64,000 bases of DNA from Squalus acanthias (taxonomy: Eukaryota). The notes beneath the pieces are model-generated. The model did not search any database, was not told the origin of the DNA, and saw nothing but the letters and a program-made list of their open reading frames with translations. Numbering within the stretch: position 1 is the stretch's first letter; each line of letters begins with the position of its first letter. Location: contig CM059432.1 in assembly GCA_030390025.1 (NCBI GenBank), forward strand, positions 61,134,001 through 61,198,000, in the 5' to 3' direction. This document shows positions 13,011-25,762 of this stretch, one piece after another. A program made the position numbers and the translations under genes.

Positions 13011-13921
13011 TTTTCTCTTCTGAGGACTCGAGGGGCCGAATGGCCTACTCCTGCTTCTATTTCTTATATTCAAAATACTACCAGTGAAGGACTGCAGTGA
13101 TGCAGTGGGCAAGGACAATGACTGCAGTCCTAGCATGGTGCCTCACCCGTCAGCAGAGCATACTGGAAATTGGGGCATGCATGTGCCAGAATTTCTAGTA
13201 AGAACTCCTGACAGGTGAGGCTCCCGATCAGGAGTATTAAGTCTGAAAGTAATCCAATTATTTTTTCATCTCAGTTTCATATGCAGTCCAGACTGATGGG
13301 ATGAATCTCCTCTCTGCTGGCTTTAGACATCATAGGTGAAATAATGGCCATATGCTCATAGTATTAAACAGCTCAAAATTTGGCACTGAATAGCTTTCAG
13401 AATCCAAAAGCAAAATACTGCAGGCCCATGGATTAGTCACGCATCCATTTTATATGGGCGAAATGAGGCTGTAAAGTGGCTTGTGCTGATGACCAATGCA
13501 GCCTCCTGAAAATTGACCAGCTTCTTCACTGAAGAATGTGGCGTGCAATGGATCTGCCATGCAGGTCTCATTTCAAAACCTGCACTCATCTCATAAAACT
13601 CCACACTACCAGCAGTGCCTTGCAACTTTGGAGGGGGATATAAATTTGAATACTCTGTGGTCTACAAAGTAGCATTGTGTAACATTAGCATTTAATTAAG
13701 GTCACGTGTGGTCTGCAGTATATGTGGAAAAGAATCACTGAAAACATTCAATGTTAGCTTATCAGAGCTCTTCACAGAGTAAGATGGTACATTTCAATCA
13801 CACTCACAAAAGCTAACTCAGTCCTGCCACCAACAGATGAACTAATGTTAACGTTGAATTGAAACAGAAAATGCTGGAAATACTCAGCAGGTCAGGCAGC
13901 ATCTGTGGAGAGAGAAACAGA

Positions 13922-13956
13922 GTTAACGTTTCAGGTCGATGACCTTTCGTCAGAAC
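13922..13956 (-). ncRNA. Minimal type-I hammerhead ribozyme motif (antisense arm)
   Basis: Minus strand GTT-CTGACGA-A-AGGTC-ATC-GACCT-GAAACGTT-AAC with a perfect 5-bp stem II. Confidence 0.7.
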
Positions 13957-13994
13957 AGTTCTGACGAAAGGTACATCGACCTGAAACGTTAACT
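13957..13994 (+). ncRNA. Minimal type-I hammerhead ribozyme motif
   Basis: AGTT-CTGACGA-A-AGGT(A)C-ATC-GACCT-GAAA-CGTT-AACT: stem I AGTT/AACT, CUGANGA core, stem II, GAAA, and palindromic AACGUU in place of stem III. Confidence 0.7.
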
Positions 13995-14436
13995 CTGTTT
14001 CTCTCTCTACAGATGCTGCCTGACCTGCTGAGTATTTCCAGCATTTTCTGTTTTTATTTCAGATTTCCAGCATCCGCAGTATTTTGCTTTTGTATTAATG
14101 TTGAATTGACTGGTTTCATTTCACACAAATTAAATGACTGCTGTTGATGTCAAATTAAAGAATATTTTTCTATCACTGTACAGCAAATAGGGCATGGTTA
14201 ATGCAAAATACAGTCTATCTACATATTTAAAATCTTGCATCAGGCAAGCGCTTCCTGTCGACAAATCTTACTTCCTGTTGGCACAATTTTTGGTCACACT
14301 TGTGTCAACATTTATCACGTAAGCTCCGATGTCAACATGATGTTGTCACAGGCTCCAACTATTAGGTAGCTCTATGGACTGAGTTTCCCCTCGCAATTTC
14401 AACACCATATGAATTCTTCCTGTCAAGTAACACTTG

Positions 14437-15213
14437 GGGGGAAAAATTGGGTCGCGCCACCTTTGGGGCGCTGACTTCGCCGGGCCGCTACTTTTAGCAT
14501 ACCAAAGGTGGTGCGACCCAAAAAATTACCGCCCCCGCGCCCAAATTTCACCAGTAGTGCCCCAAGAGGAAGGCGGGGTGCTACTGGAAGTGCCCTGCCT
14601 CCCTCTTGGGGCGCTGCGAGTGAATATTGCGGTGCTGTGGCGCTGCGGCATGTCACGCCGCGGTACTGCAGGCCTTCCTCCCGTTATTAAAGGGGAGGGG
14701 CCTAGCGCAGCGCGACCTGGGGCCCAGCTAGGCCACCAGGGATTGGAGTGCTGGCAAAAGAGCCCGGCACTCAAGAGAAGTGCCGGGCTCATGGAGCGCA
14801 GCCGGCACTCCGCAGGGGGGGGGGGGCTGCAGAGGAGGCCGGGGACGGCAGAGGGGGCAGGTGCTGGCAGGCGGCCAGCAACATAAATGGCCACCTGGCA
14901 CCTCCCTTTTAATTTGCGCCGCCCTGGCCGCAGTTAGGCCCCTCGACCCCGTCGGACATAGCATCTGGCGGTATGTCAGGGGGCACTACCGAAGATCGCG
15001 GCCGTGGCGCGAGCAGGGCACTGCGCACGGCGATGACGTCATCGCCGGCGGCACCGTGCCACGGGGCGCTAACGGTTACCGCCACCACTAACCTCCCGCT
15101 GAATTTCGCAGGAGGCGTTGGCAGCGGCGCGCCCAGGCGCTAGTTGCTTTGTGCCCCGTTAGCGTCCTCTTAGGGCGCTAATGGGAGGCGCAAATCAACC
15201 GAATTTTTAGGCC
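14437..15213 (+). mobile_element. Harbinger non-autonomous element/MITE, family A (TSD TTG)
   Basis: Ends GGGGGAAAAATTGGG / CCGAATTTTTAGGCC, TTG at 14434-14436 and 15214-15216; subterminal sequences match both ends of the elements at 23241 and 31160. Confidence 0.85.
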
Positions 15214-15824
15214 TTGGATCCTATAAAATTTACCGTCACATCTATTTGTATCACACTTTTTCTGTTAGATTTTACTTGTCCCTGACCCAATGCAACCTCT
15301 CTGCTGTCAACACCGCCCACCACCCCCCCCGCCCCCAACTCTTCTCATATTTCCTTCTGCCACAGATGCCTAGCCTGCTGTTGTGGTGACCTGGCTTTTG
15401 CATTGGCTAGGGATTCCTATGGCTTCCAATGCGCTGGTGGAACATGCCTGTTCCTGCAATAAACAAAGCCCTAATGATGTCCTGATAATGAGGTGGGAAA
15501 CAATGTTCCCCACGTCCCACATCTTTGTCCTAATAGTAATGCAGTCACACCCCAGAGGAAAACACAGGTGCAGGAAAGGGAGGGTGTGACTGTTAGTCAG
15601 CAGGGTGAGGGAAACCAAGGGGAGATAGAGAAGGAGGTCCTGCAGATAATGGTCCTGCCCAACAGGAACAATGTACTTGCTAAGGATAAGGATAAGGATA
15701 AGGATGCAGGCTGCGGTGTGGACCACCAGAATGCTAACCATGGCACCGTGGAGTGGAAGGCAGTCAGGGGTGGGGAGGGGGGAGGGGAGAAGAGTAGAAT
15801 AGAAAGGTTGCAGTCATAGGGAAT

Positions 15825-16310
15825 TTGATAATTAGGGGGATAGATAGCGTCCTCTGCAGTCACGACCGAAAGTCTGGCAGGGTGTGTTTCCTACCTGGTG
15901 CAAAGGTAGGGGATATCTCGGAGCAACTGGAGGAGAAATTGGAAAGGGAGGGGGAAGATCCAGTTGTCATTGTCCATGTTGGGACCAATGACATAGGGAA
16001 GAAATGGGAGGAAATCCTGCTATGGGAATATCAGAAATTCGGAACTAAATTAAAAAATAGAACCTCACAGCTGGTAATCTCAGGATTACTACCCGAGCCA
16101 CGTGTTAACTGGCATAGGAATAGGCAGATGAGGAAGGTGAACGCATAGCTGAAAGACTGGAGTGGGAAGGAGGGGTTCCATTTCATGGGACACTGGCACC
16201 AGTACTGGGACAGAAAGGAGCTGTACCACAGGGACGGGCTCCCCCAAACCAGAGTGGGACCAGTGTCGTAGCAGAAAGGATAAATAGGGCTGTCGATAGG
16301 ACTTTAAACT
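15825..16310 (+). pseudogene. CR1 ORF1 SGNH esterase-like domain remnant
   Basis: IIRGID…CFLPGAKVGD…VVIVHVGTNDIG…VISGLLP motifs of the CR1 ORF1 esterase; premature stop at 16148. Confidence 0.85.
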
Positions 16311-16636
16311 AGTAGACGGGGGGAGGGATCTGGGGAAAATAACCAAGTCTAAAGACAAAACAAAAGATGAGAGTAAAGGTCAGACCAAGGTAAGGAGCAA
16401 GGGTAACATAAACGCTCATGGAACAAATACAGTGATAAAACAGAAGTATAAAAGGACTGTTAAAAATGAAGTAAAAGGAACAACAATGAAAGACAAATTA
16501 AACTACCTGTACAGCAATGTACACAGCATCCAAATTAAAATGGGGGAACTGGAGGCAATAATCCATAGCGAGGAACTAGAATAACTGAAACATGGCTACA
16601 TAAAGAACAGGACTGGCAACTAAATATTGCAGGTTT

Positions 16637-19515
16637 AAGAACATAAGAAACAGGAGCAGGAGTAGGCCATTCGACCCTTCAAGCCTGCTCCGCCATTCAA
16701 TGAGATCATGGCTGATCTTCTGCCTCAATTCCATTCACCGGCCTTATCGCCATATCCCTTGATGCCCTTACTAGTCAGAAATCTATCGACTTCTGTTTTG
16801 AATATACCCAATGACTGAGCCTCCACAGCCCTCTGGGGTAGAGAATTCCAAAGATTCACCACCCTCTGTGTGAAGAAATTTCTTCTCATCTCAGTCCTGA
16901 ATGGCCTACCCTTTATCCTGAGGCTGTGGCCCCTAGTTCCAGACTCCCTACCCAAGGGAAATATTCTCCCAGCATCCACCCTATCAAGCCCTGTAATAAT
17001 TTTGTATGCTTCAATGAGATCCCCTCTCATTCTTCTGAATTCAAGAGAATACAGGCCTAGTTTACTCAATCTCTTCTCATACGACAGTCCCGCCATCCCA
17101 GGAATCAATCTCGTGAACCTTCGTTGCACTCCCTCTATGACAAGTATATCCTTCCTTAGGTAAGGAGACCAAAATTGTACACAGTACTCCAGGTGTGGTC
17201 TCACCAAGGTCCTATATAATTGGAGTAAGACTTCTTTACTCCTGTACTCAAATCCTCTTGTAATGAAGGCCCGCATACCATTTGACTTCCTAATGGCTTG
17301 CTGCACCTGCACATTCACTTTCAGTGACTCATGTACAAGGACACCCAGGTCCCTTTGAGCATCTGCATTCCCCATTCTTTCATCATTTAGGAAATACTCT
17401 GCCTTTCTGTTTTTTCGACCAAAGTGGATAACTTCACATTTATCCACATTATATTCCATCTGCCATGTTCTTGCCCACTCACTGAGCCTGTCGAGATCCC
17501 CTTGAAGCCTCTTCACATCCTCTTCGCAACTGACACCGCCACCTAGCTTGTGTCATCAGCAAATTTGGAAATGTTACATTTAGTCCCCTCATCCAAATCA
17601 TTGATACAGATTGTGAATAGCTGGGGCCCAAGCACCGATCATTGCGGTACCCCACTAGTCACAGCCTGCCATCCTGAAAAAGACCCGTTTATCCCTACTC
17701 TTTGTTTTCTGTCTGTTAACCAATTCTCAATCCATGCTAGTATATTACCCCCAATTCCATGTGCCCTAATTTTGTTCACCAACCTCTTGTTTGGGACCTT
17801 ATCGAAGGCCTTCTGAAAATCCAGATACACCACATCTACCGGTTCTCCTTTGTCTACTCCACTAGTTACATCCTCAAAGATCTCCAATAGGTTTGTCAAA
17901 CAGGATTTCCCTTTCATAAGTCCATGTTGACTCTGCCCAATCTTACTATTAGTTTCTAAGTGCCCAGTTATTGCATCCTTTATAATAGATTCCAGCATTT
18001 TCCCAACTACTGATGTGAGGCTAACAGGTCTGTAGTTCCCCGTTTTCTCTCTCCCTCCTTTCTTAAATAGCGGGGTTACATTTGCTATCCTCCAATCTGC
18101 AGGAACCGTTCCAGAATCCTTAGAATTTTGGAAGATGACAACCAATGCATCCGCTATCCCAATGGCCACCTCTTTCAAAATCCTAGGATGTATGTCATCC
18201 GGTCCTTGGGATTTATCGACTTTTCGTCCCATTAATTTTGCTAGTACTATTTTTTTACTAATAGTAATTTCTTTAAGTTCCTCATTCTCGCCACACCCTT
18301 GGTTTTCTCGTATTTCTGGGTTGTTTTTTGTGTCTTCCTCCGTGAAGACAGAAACAAAGTATTTATTTAATTTCTCTGCCATTTCCTCATTCCCCATTAT
18401 AAATTCTCCCGTCTCTGACTGTAAAGGACCAACATTTACCTTTGCCAGACTTTTCCTTTTCACATACCGATAGAAGCTTTTACAATCTGTTTTTATATTT
18501 TTTGCTAGTTTGTGCTCATATTCCATTTTCCCTTTCTTTATCAATTTCTTGGTCCCCCTTTGCTGATTTCTAAAAAGATCCCAATCCTCAGGCTGACCAC
18601 TTTTTCTGGCACCTTAATAAGCTTCCTCCTTTGATGTAAAACTAGCTTTAATTTCTTTTGTTACCCATGGTTGGATCACCTTTCCTTTTGGGTTTTTATG
18701 CCCTAGAGGAATATATGTTTGTTGCAAATTATGCATTATTTCCTTGAATGTTAGCCATTGTATGTCCACCTTCATACCTTTTAGTGTAGTCTCCCAATCT
18801 ACCATGGCCAACTTGTCCCTCATACCCTTGTAGTTTCCTCTGTTTAGATTGAAGACCTTAGTTTCAGATTGGACTACATCACTCTCAAACTTAATATAAA
18901 ATTCAATCATATTATGGTCACTTGTCCCTAAAGGCCCCTTTACCACAGGATTATTGATTAGCCCTTTCTCATTACACAATACCAGATCCAGAATAGCCTG
19001 TTCCCTGGCTGGTTCCTCCACATACTGATCCAGGAAACCATCTCACATACATTCCAAGAATTCGTCCTCCACACCATTAGTGGTAATTTGATTTGCCCAG
19101 TCAATATGTAGATTAAAGTCCCCCATGATTACCATATTGCCCTTGTTACATACACTTCTAATATCTTGATTGATACTATGCCCTACATTACCATTACTGT
19201 TTGGTGGCCTATACACAACTCCCACCAATGTTTTCCGCCCTTTGCTGTTTCTTAGCTCCACCCAAACTGATTCCAGTTCTACATCACGATCTGCCAAGCC
19301 AAGATCTTTTATCTCTACCATACCGATCTCATCCCTTATTAACAGCGCTACGCCACCTCCTTTTCCTTTTTGTCTGTCCTTCCTAAATGTTGAGTACCCT
19401 GCAACCATGTCTTTGTAATGGCAATTACATCATAGCCATTTACTTCTATTAGTGCCATTAATTCATCCACCTTGTTGCGAATGCTACGTACATTTAGATA
19501 AAGTGCCTTCAACTT
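16637..19515 (-). mobile_element. CR1 LINE (endonuclease plus RT ORF2, fragmented) nested antisense in a CR1
   Basis: ORF pieces 19408-19043 (GGGVA, VYRPP, MGDFN), 19021-18614 (LDLVL, SDH), 18544-17639 and 17516-16725; tail AAGAACATAAGAA at 16638. Confidence 0.92.
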
Positions 19516-21221
19516 TTAAGGAGATGAGGTCAGAACTAGGGAAAATAAACTGGAAAAATTTACAAAGAACAGCAGTGGGAAACATTTAAAATGGTGATCA
19601 AGAGACCTAGAGAAATATATCCCACAAAAACGCCAGAACAAATCTAGCCAGTAATGAGAAACCATGAATGAATAAACAAATAAGAGCAAAATTGAAACTA
19701 AAGAATAAGACTACAGACCACCTAATAGTGGAAAGGAAGTGTACACTAAGTACATAGACAACAAAGGACAGGATCACAAAAGGGAATACGAATATGTTAG
19801 GAAAGAAGTAAAAACAAATTGGGATGGCAAAAAGAAACTACAAATTTAAATTATCAAGGAATATAAAAAGAAATAGTAAAGAATTCTACAGACACATAAA
19901 ATACAAAATAAAACTAAGGAAATGGATAGGACCGCTAAGGGATACACACGATAAACTCACAGGTAATGACAGCAAAATGGCATAAACATTAAATAATTAC
20001 TTTGCCATGGTATTTATCAGGGAGCCTAATATGGTGGACATGACAGTAGAAAAAGAGATCAAAAAAGATATAAAGACATTTAAGATAGAAAAGGGGGAGA
20101 TAATTGATAAACTAATCAAACTTAGAGAGGATAAAACACCTAGACTGGATGGACTGCATCCGTGCCTATTAAAAGAAGTTAGGGAAGAAATAGCAGAGGC
20201 ACTATTACATATGTATAAACATTTATTAGAAAAGGGAATCATGCCAGAGGACTGGCAGATAGCTAATCTAATTCCTATATTTAAAAAGGGAGATAGAACA
20301 AGTCTAGGGAACTTTAGACCAATTAGCTTAACATCAGTGATAAGAAAGATAATGGAATCCTTACTCAAAAATGTAATAGAAAAACATCTAGAGACTGAAA
20401 ATATAATAAAGAGTAGTCAGCACAGATTTCAAAAGGGAAGGTCATGCTTGATCAACCTTATTGAATTCTCCTGAAGAAGTAATAGAAAGGGTAGATAAGG
20501 GTAATGTAGTAGATGTAATACATTTGGATTTTCAAAAGGCTTTCGATAAGGTACCGTATAGTAGACTCATGACTAAGGTCAGAATGTGGAGTCAGGGAAC
20601 AAGTAGCAGAATGGATAGCAAGCTGGCTACAAAACAGAACCAGAAAACAGAAAGTAGGGGTTGAGTGTAGTTATTCAGACTGGCAAAAGGTGGGAAGTGG
20701 TGTTCCACAAGGATCGGTGCTGGGACGAGTATTGTTCACTATTTACATAAACAATTTGGACTCAGGAATTGGAAGTATAATTTCAAAATTTGCAGACAAC
20801 ACCAAATTGGGGGGTATAGTTAATACAGAGGAGAACTGCGAAAAAATACAGGAAGACATTAATAAATTTGCAGAATGGGCGTTTACCTCACAAATGAACT
20901 TCAATATAGATAAGTGTGAGGTGGTACATTTTGGTAGGAAGAATAAGGAGGCCACATACTCCTTGGAAAATACAATGTAAATGGGATAGAGGAGCAAAGC
21001 GATCTGCAAATCACCTAAAGTAGCGACACAGGTTAATAAGGCCATAAAAAAGCAAACAAAGCACTGGGGTTAATTTCTAGAGGGATAGAATTGAACAGCA
21101 GAGAAGTTATGTTAAATTTGTAGAGAACCTTGGTTAGAACACACTTGGAATACTATGAACAGTTCTGGTCTCCATATTATAAAAAGGATATAGAGGCACT
21201 GGAGAGGGTGCAAAGAAGATT

Positions 21222-21464
21222 GGGAAACTACATTAAATGTTATGACGGTAGAGAAGCAATGGCTAGCATTTAAAGATTTAATACATAATTTACAACAAAT
21301 ATACATTCCTTTGGATATTAAGGGAATCAAGGGATATGGGGATAGTGCAGGAAAGTGGAGCTGAGGTACTGAGGTAGAAGATCAGCCATGATCATATTGA
21401 ATGGCGGAGCAGGCTCGAGGGGCCAAATGGCCTACTCCTGCTCCTATTTCTTATGTTCTTATGT
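21222..21464 (+). mobile_element. Short chimeric CR1 insertion (internal segment fused to 3' end), 6-bp TSD AAGATT
   Basis: AAGATT at 21216-21221 and 21465-21470; the host frame RVQRRFTRM is restored when the insert is removed. Confidence 0.8.
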
Positions 21465-21934
21465 AAGATTTACTAGAATGATACCAGAACTGAGAGGTTA
21501 TACCTATCAGGAAAGATTGAACAGGCTGAGACTCTTTTCTTTAGAAAAGAGAAGACAGGGGTGACCTGATAGAGGTCTTTAAGATTATGAAAGGGTTTGA
21601 CAGGGTAGGTGTAGAGCTGATGTTTCCACTTGCGGAGGAGACCAGAACTAGGGGTCATAAATATAAGATAGTCACTATAAATCCAATAGGGAATTCAGGA
21701 GAAACGTCTTTACCCAGAGAGAGGTTAGAATGTGGAACTCGCTCCCACAAAGACTAGTTGAAACGACTAACATAGATGCATTTAAGGGGAAGCTGGATAA
21801 ACGTGTGAAAGAGAAAGGATAGAAAGACATGTTGATGAGTTTAAATGAAGAAGGGTGGGAGGAGGCTTGTGTGGAGCATGGACCTGTTGCGCCAAATGGC
21901 CTGTTTCTGTGCAGTAAATACGATGTAATAATAT

Positions 21935-22100
21935 GTAGATAGACAGATATTTGAGCTACAGGGGAGTCAAGGGTTATGGGGAGCGGGCGGGAAAGTGGAG
22001 TTGAGGCGAAGATCAGATCAGCCATGATCTTATTGAATGGCGGAGCAGGCTTGAGGGGCCAAATGGCCTACTCCTGCTCCTATTTCTTATGTTCTTATGT
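21935..22100 (+). mobile_element. CR1 3' end fragment
   Basis: …AAGGGTTATGGGGAGCGGGCGGGAAAGTGGAG…CTATTTCTTATGTTCTTATG tail. Confidence 0.85.
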
Positions 22101-22592
22101 AGTAATTGGCTATGGGAAGCCCATGAAGCTGGCATTGGGGTTGCATTGGGACCAGAGGATCCTACTACAAAGAGCTGTTACTATGTGAGAACTGTAAAAG
22201 GGGTTTGAAAATGCCAATTCTCGGGATATCAGTCCTGCTACATTATTGCACCACATCACTGATCTGATGTTGGAGCTATACTACCATCTTTGTAAAGCAG
22301 AAACCACATCATAACAAAGTAAATGTGGCTGTATAGCTGCAGCCTTCAATTTAGCACTATATTGTCACTTGCATTTGCTGATTACAGCGGGCTGGAACGC
22401 AATCACTTACTGCATAACGAACCATAAATATTACATTTTGTTAAATTAGTAATAGGCAGAATCTAAGGTTGAGGCTAAGAATTCCTCAGGTTGCTTTGCA
22501 AAAGTACATCATAAATATTTTTATGATGATCACATCTTTTCAGTATTAATAACAGAATATATTTACAATTTCATTAGGAATACTGAACAGTC

Positions 22593-22732
22593 GGGGGTAA
22601 TTTTACAAGTCCATGTTCCCACCATTAAAAGAATTGTTGGAAAATTCTAAGCAGTGGATGTCCAAATTCCCGCTATGCACTTCTGGCAAGTGAAGCTCCC
22701 CACCAGGAGTATGGACTCTTAAAATGATCCCC
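22593..22732. mobile_element. Small (~140 bp) degenerate MITE
   Basis: Imperfect TIR GGGGTAATTTTACAAGTCCATGTTCC versus reverse complement GGGGATCATTTTAAGAGTCCATACTCC. Confidence 0.5.
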
Positions 22733-23567
22733 TAGATAATTTCACAAATGCATTTACAGTGTTGCTACATATAGCAACTGGAAGAATTATTACCCCTTGA
22801 TTATAAGTAGAATTAACGAACTGATTATGCACACAACGATGGAGCCAAATTTGATTTCCTTTGTATTATGCACAAAGTGCAGAAAATATCAATTTTACTG
22901 TGCAAACTCTAAATTTTAAATAAAACCCAGACCCATTGCAAGATCTGCAATGACAAAAACAGATGTTTTTAAATTGTCTAAACTGATGTCTACTTTCACA
23001 GCATTGTTTTTCGTTATCAGGCAACCTACATTTACATTCCTAGTGTAGCTCTCCGTGATTACTGGGTTTGTTCAAGCTCATTCCTGATTTCTGGTTATTA
23101 ACTACAGCACCACAAGGAGAAATCTCAGGGAGTCATCCAGAAAAGTATCTGTTCTATATAACGGGCAACTAGTTATATGTATCAAAGTGCAATCTGCAAC
23201 TCCAATATCTTTCCAGCCGAGTTAACTTAAAAAAGATCTGGGAGGAAAAATTGGGTATCGTTCATTTTAGGACGCTAATATCGGCCGGGAGCAAAGTTTA
23301 GCATCCGATGCTAATTATCGCCGTCAACGGCAAAATTCGTCTCCATCACCCATGAGGTGATTTGAATGCTAAATCAAGCGTTACACACCTCTCTTAGGGC
23401 GCTAACATCGGGGAGCTAGGTGCTACCTCAGGCGATGTCAATTGCTCAGACTGGCGCCGTCCAGTTCTTAAAGGGGTGGGTCCATTTTGCTGCATAGCCA
23501 CACCCTGCTCATTGTAGCGTTTGACCTCGGCCTGCAAGCACCTACAGATATTCCTCAAACAATTGTG

Positions 23568-25455
23568 ATGGATATTCAGCGGCCCAGGGAGAGAGCTCAG
23601 CACTTTAGCAACTATGCATCAGTGGCTCTGGTTGGCGCTGTTGAACGGCGGCGGGCAGTGCTCTTTCCAGAGAGTGGCAGGCGGACGCGAGTTTAGAAGA
23701 GTCTGGAGGGAGATAGCCCAGCATGTGTCATCGCGGAGCCTGGTGCAAAGGACACATACACAGTGTCGTAAAAAGTTCAACGACCTCACTCAGGTGGTCA
23801 GGGAGAATACCTGCTTTTCAATACCTTTACAACCCACCATCTCAACCTCACTCTGTGCACAGGCAGTGTAAATACCCAAATGCCCAACATTCATCCAACA
23901 TCTACGGCCAACTCATGAAAGTCACATGCACATCCCACATCTTGCACACATTAATGGCTATTCAACTATGGTAGGCACATCTGCCAAACACATGGCTGCA
24001 CACTCACATGCTGTCCTTTTTCTTGCAGGCCAAGCTTTCACATAACCGCCAAGAGCAACAGCAGACAGGAGGAGGACAGGTGAAGCTGCACCCTCTCACA
24101 GAATTGGAGGAGAAAGTCCACCGACTCATTGTGAGCCAGGTAGTAGGCGCTGTGGCCGTTGGAGAGGTCAACCCCCTTGGGAACAGCAACGGTATGTTAA
24201 TCAGCTTTCTCTCCTCTTTCATACCACTTCCCCCTCACACCACCAGCCTTTTACACTTTCAATCTAACTAACTGTCTCAGTCCTTGCTCCCGTCCTGCCA
24301 CCCTGCCCTCACGTTAAAGCCACTCTTGTACCTTCTTGCTTTCAGATAGTGAACCACCAGCTGACCAGCCTGGCCCTCAGCCTCCCAGTGGCAGCGACGC
24401 GCCAGAGGAGGAGGAAGAGAAAGCCGGAGCCTCATCGCCTGCGCCTCCCGCGGGTGACATTTCCGACACTGGGGCCACGCGTTCCCTGGAGGGGAGCAGG
24501 GGGTTTGCATCTGATGTGGGTGAAGCTCCAGGACCCAGCGGGCTGCAGCAATGCCATGGGGGAAGGGAAGCTTGGGGGCCATCTCCCCGAAGGGTGAGTA
24601 CACACGCGAGTTCTGCTGCACAGGACTTGGATGAGGACCTCGATATAGCGGCCATGAATACTCAGGCTCTGAGCATGCATACGGAGCTCATGGGTGCAAT
24701 GGCAAGGGTGCCCGACAGCATGGATGCACTGGCTAGGAGCGTGGGGGAGTCCGCCACCAGCTGTCATCTGTGCGCAAACCCTTGAACCCATTCTTGCCTC
24801 GTTGCAGAGGATGGTTGAATTGCAGGAAGACCGTGGGGAACCAGAGCCCATGCCGCGTGTAATGGGTCAGGTGGCAGGATCTATTACAGCACAGGCCAAT
24901 GCAACGCAATGGCTTAGTGCTGCAATCGAGTCATTGGCTGGTGCCATCCAATGTCAGACTGCCCTCATGCAGTCTCAGATTGAAATCACGCAAGCGCTCA
25001 CTGCTGCCATCCTCACTGAGTCGCCCACAGTCCACCAGGGATCTCATGGTGCCACAACAGGCCAGCAATCTGTGCTTGAACAGATTGCTCCGGATGCTGA
25101 GGTACTGCCCCGGGGGAATGGCAGTGTGTTGGTCGAGCAGGAAGGTGCTGTCCTCTCTCAGGATGACAGCATTCCCACCACTGCCACTTCGCCATTGTAC
25201 TTGCCACAGCCTGTAACCCAGCCAGCCCAGACTGCTGCCGCCCATGTAGAGTTGGTGCAGTTTGCAGCCGGGCCCTCCAGGCCCAGAGCTGGTCGAGGGC
25301 GTCCTTCAAGGTCATCTGCAGTCTCTAGATCCAACATTCAGCAGACTTCCGCCAGCCTTGCTGCAGCCACTAGGGCCACATTACGGAGAAGCAGTAGGGT
25401 GGGAAGGGGGGAAGTGCGCAGGGGATGGAGATCACCCTCGAAGGCCGAAAAGTAA
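23568..25455 (+). pseudogene. Harbinger Myb/SANT-like (trihelix) DNA-binding protein, 3 exons (about 23568-23802, 24029-24191, 24346-25455), disrupted
   Basis: RAQHFSN…LVGAVERRRAVLFP…VWREIAQHV…RTHTQCRKKFNDL and TGGG…LTELEE; acceptors TTGCAG/TTTCAG; donor 2 GTATGT, donor 1 mutated to GAGAAT; frameshifts in exons 1 and 3. Confidence 0.85.
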
Positions 25456-25762
25456 AAATTATGCAATAAATGGGGGGAATGTTTGTGGCAAAGTTTGATG
25501 TTCATCTTAATATATTTATTTACTGTGTTGACGCTTATCTCGATGTGGTAAGAACGAGTTTTGTTAGTTTATGAATTGTTGTGTTTGTTTGTAGTTGTTT
25601 GTCCTGAATACATAAGAGACAGTTTGTCAGATAAATAAAAATTTTATTGGAACCTTACAACATTGCTCATTTGACCACTTGGAGCTTTGCCCGGCAATAG
25701 GGGCTGCGGGATGCTTGCGATGATGTGCTTGTTCATCCCAGAAGCAATCTCTCTATCATTCG

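Larger units (their letters stand above)
13863..14094. mobile_element. Penelope-like non-autonomous mini-element: ~95-bp inverted repeat plus 3' extension, 15-bp TSD
   Basis: Arms 13862-13956 and 13958-14053 are near-perfect reverse complements around A13957. Flanks TTAACGTTGAATTGA (13848-13862) and TTAATGTTGAATTGA (14095-14109). Confidence 0.8.
15380..21925 (+). mobile_element. Decayed near-full-length CR1 LINE (ORF1 esterase plus ORF2 remnants), host to nested CR1s
   Basis: ORF1 remnant at 15825-16300, endonuclease start near 16500 (YSNVHSI…ITETWL), RT pieces at 20007-20980, 3' end near 21900. Confidence 0.85.

Noticed and set aside
13863..14053. miRNA precursor, terminator or ordinary MITE
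   Set aside because: The 15-bp TSD, asymmetric 3' extension and single-arm copies elsewhere favour a retrotransposed Penelope-like piece.
14434..15091. GC-rich overlapping ORFs or a CpG-island promoter
   Set aside because: Entirely within a TIR/TSD-bounded MITE; the ORFs are stop-poor GC artefacts with no recognisable domain.
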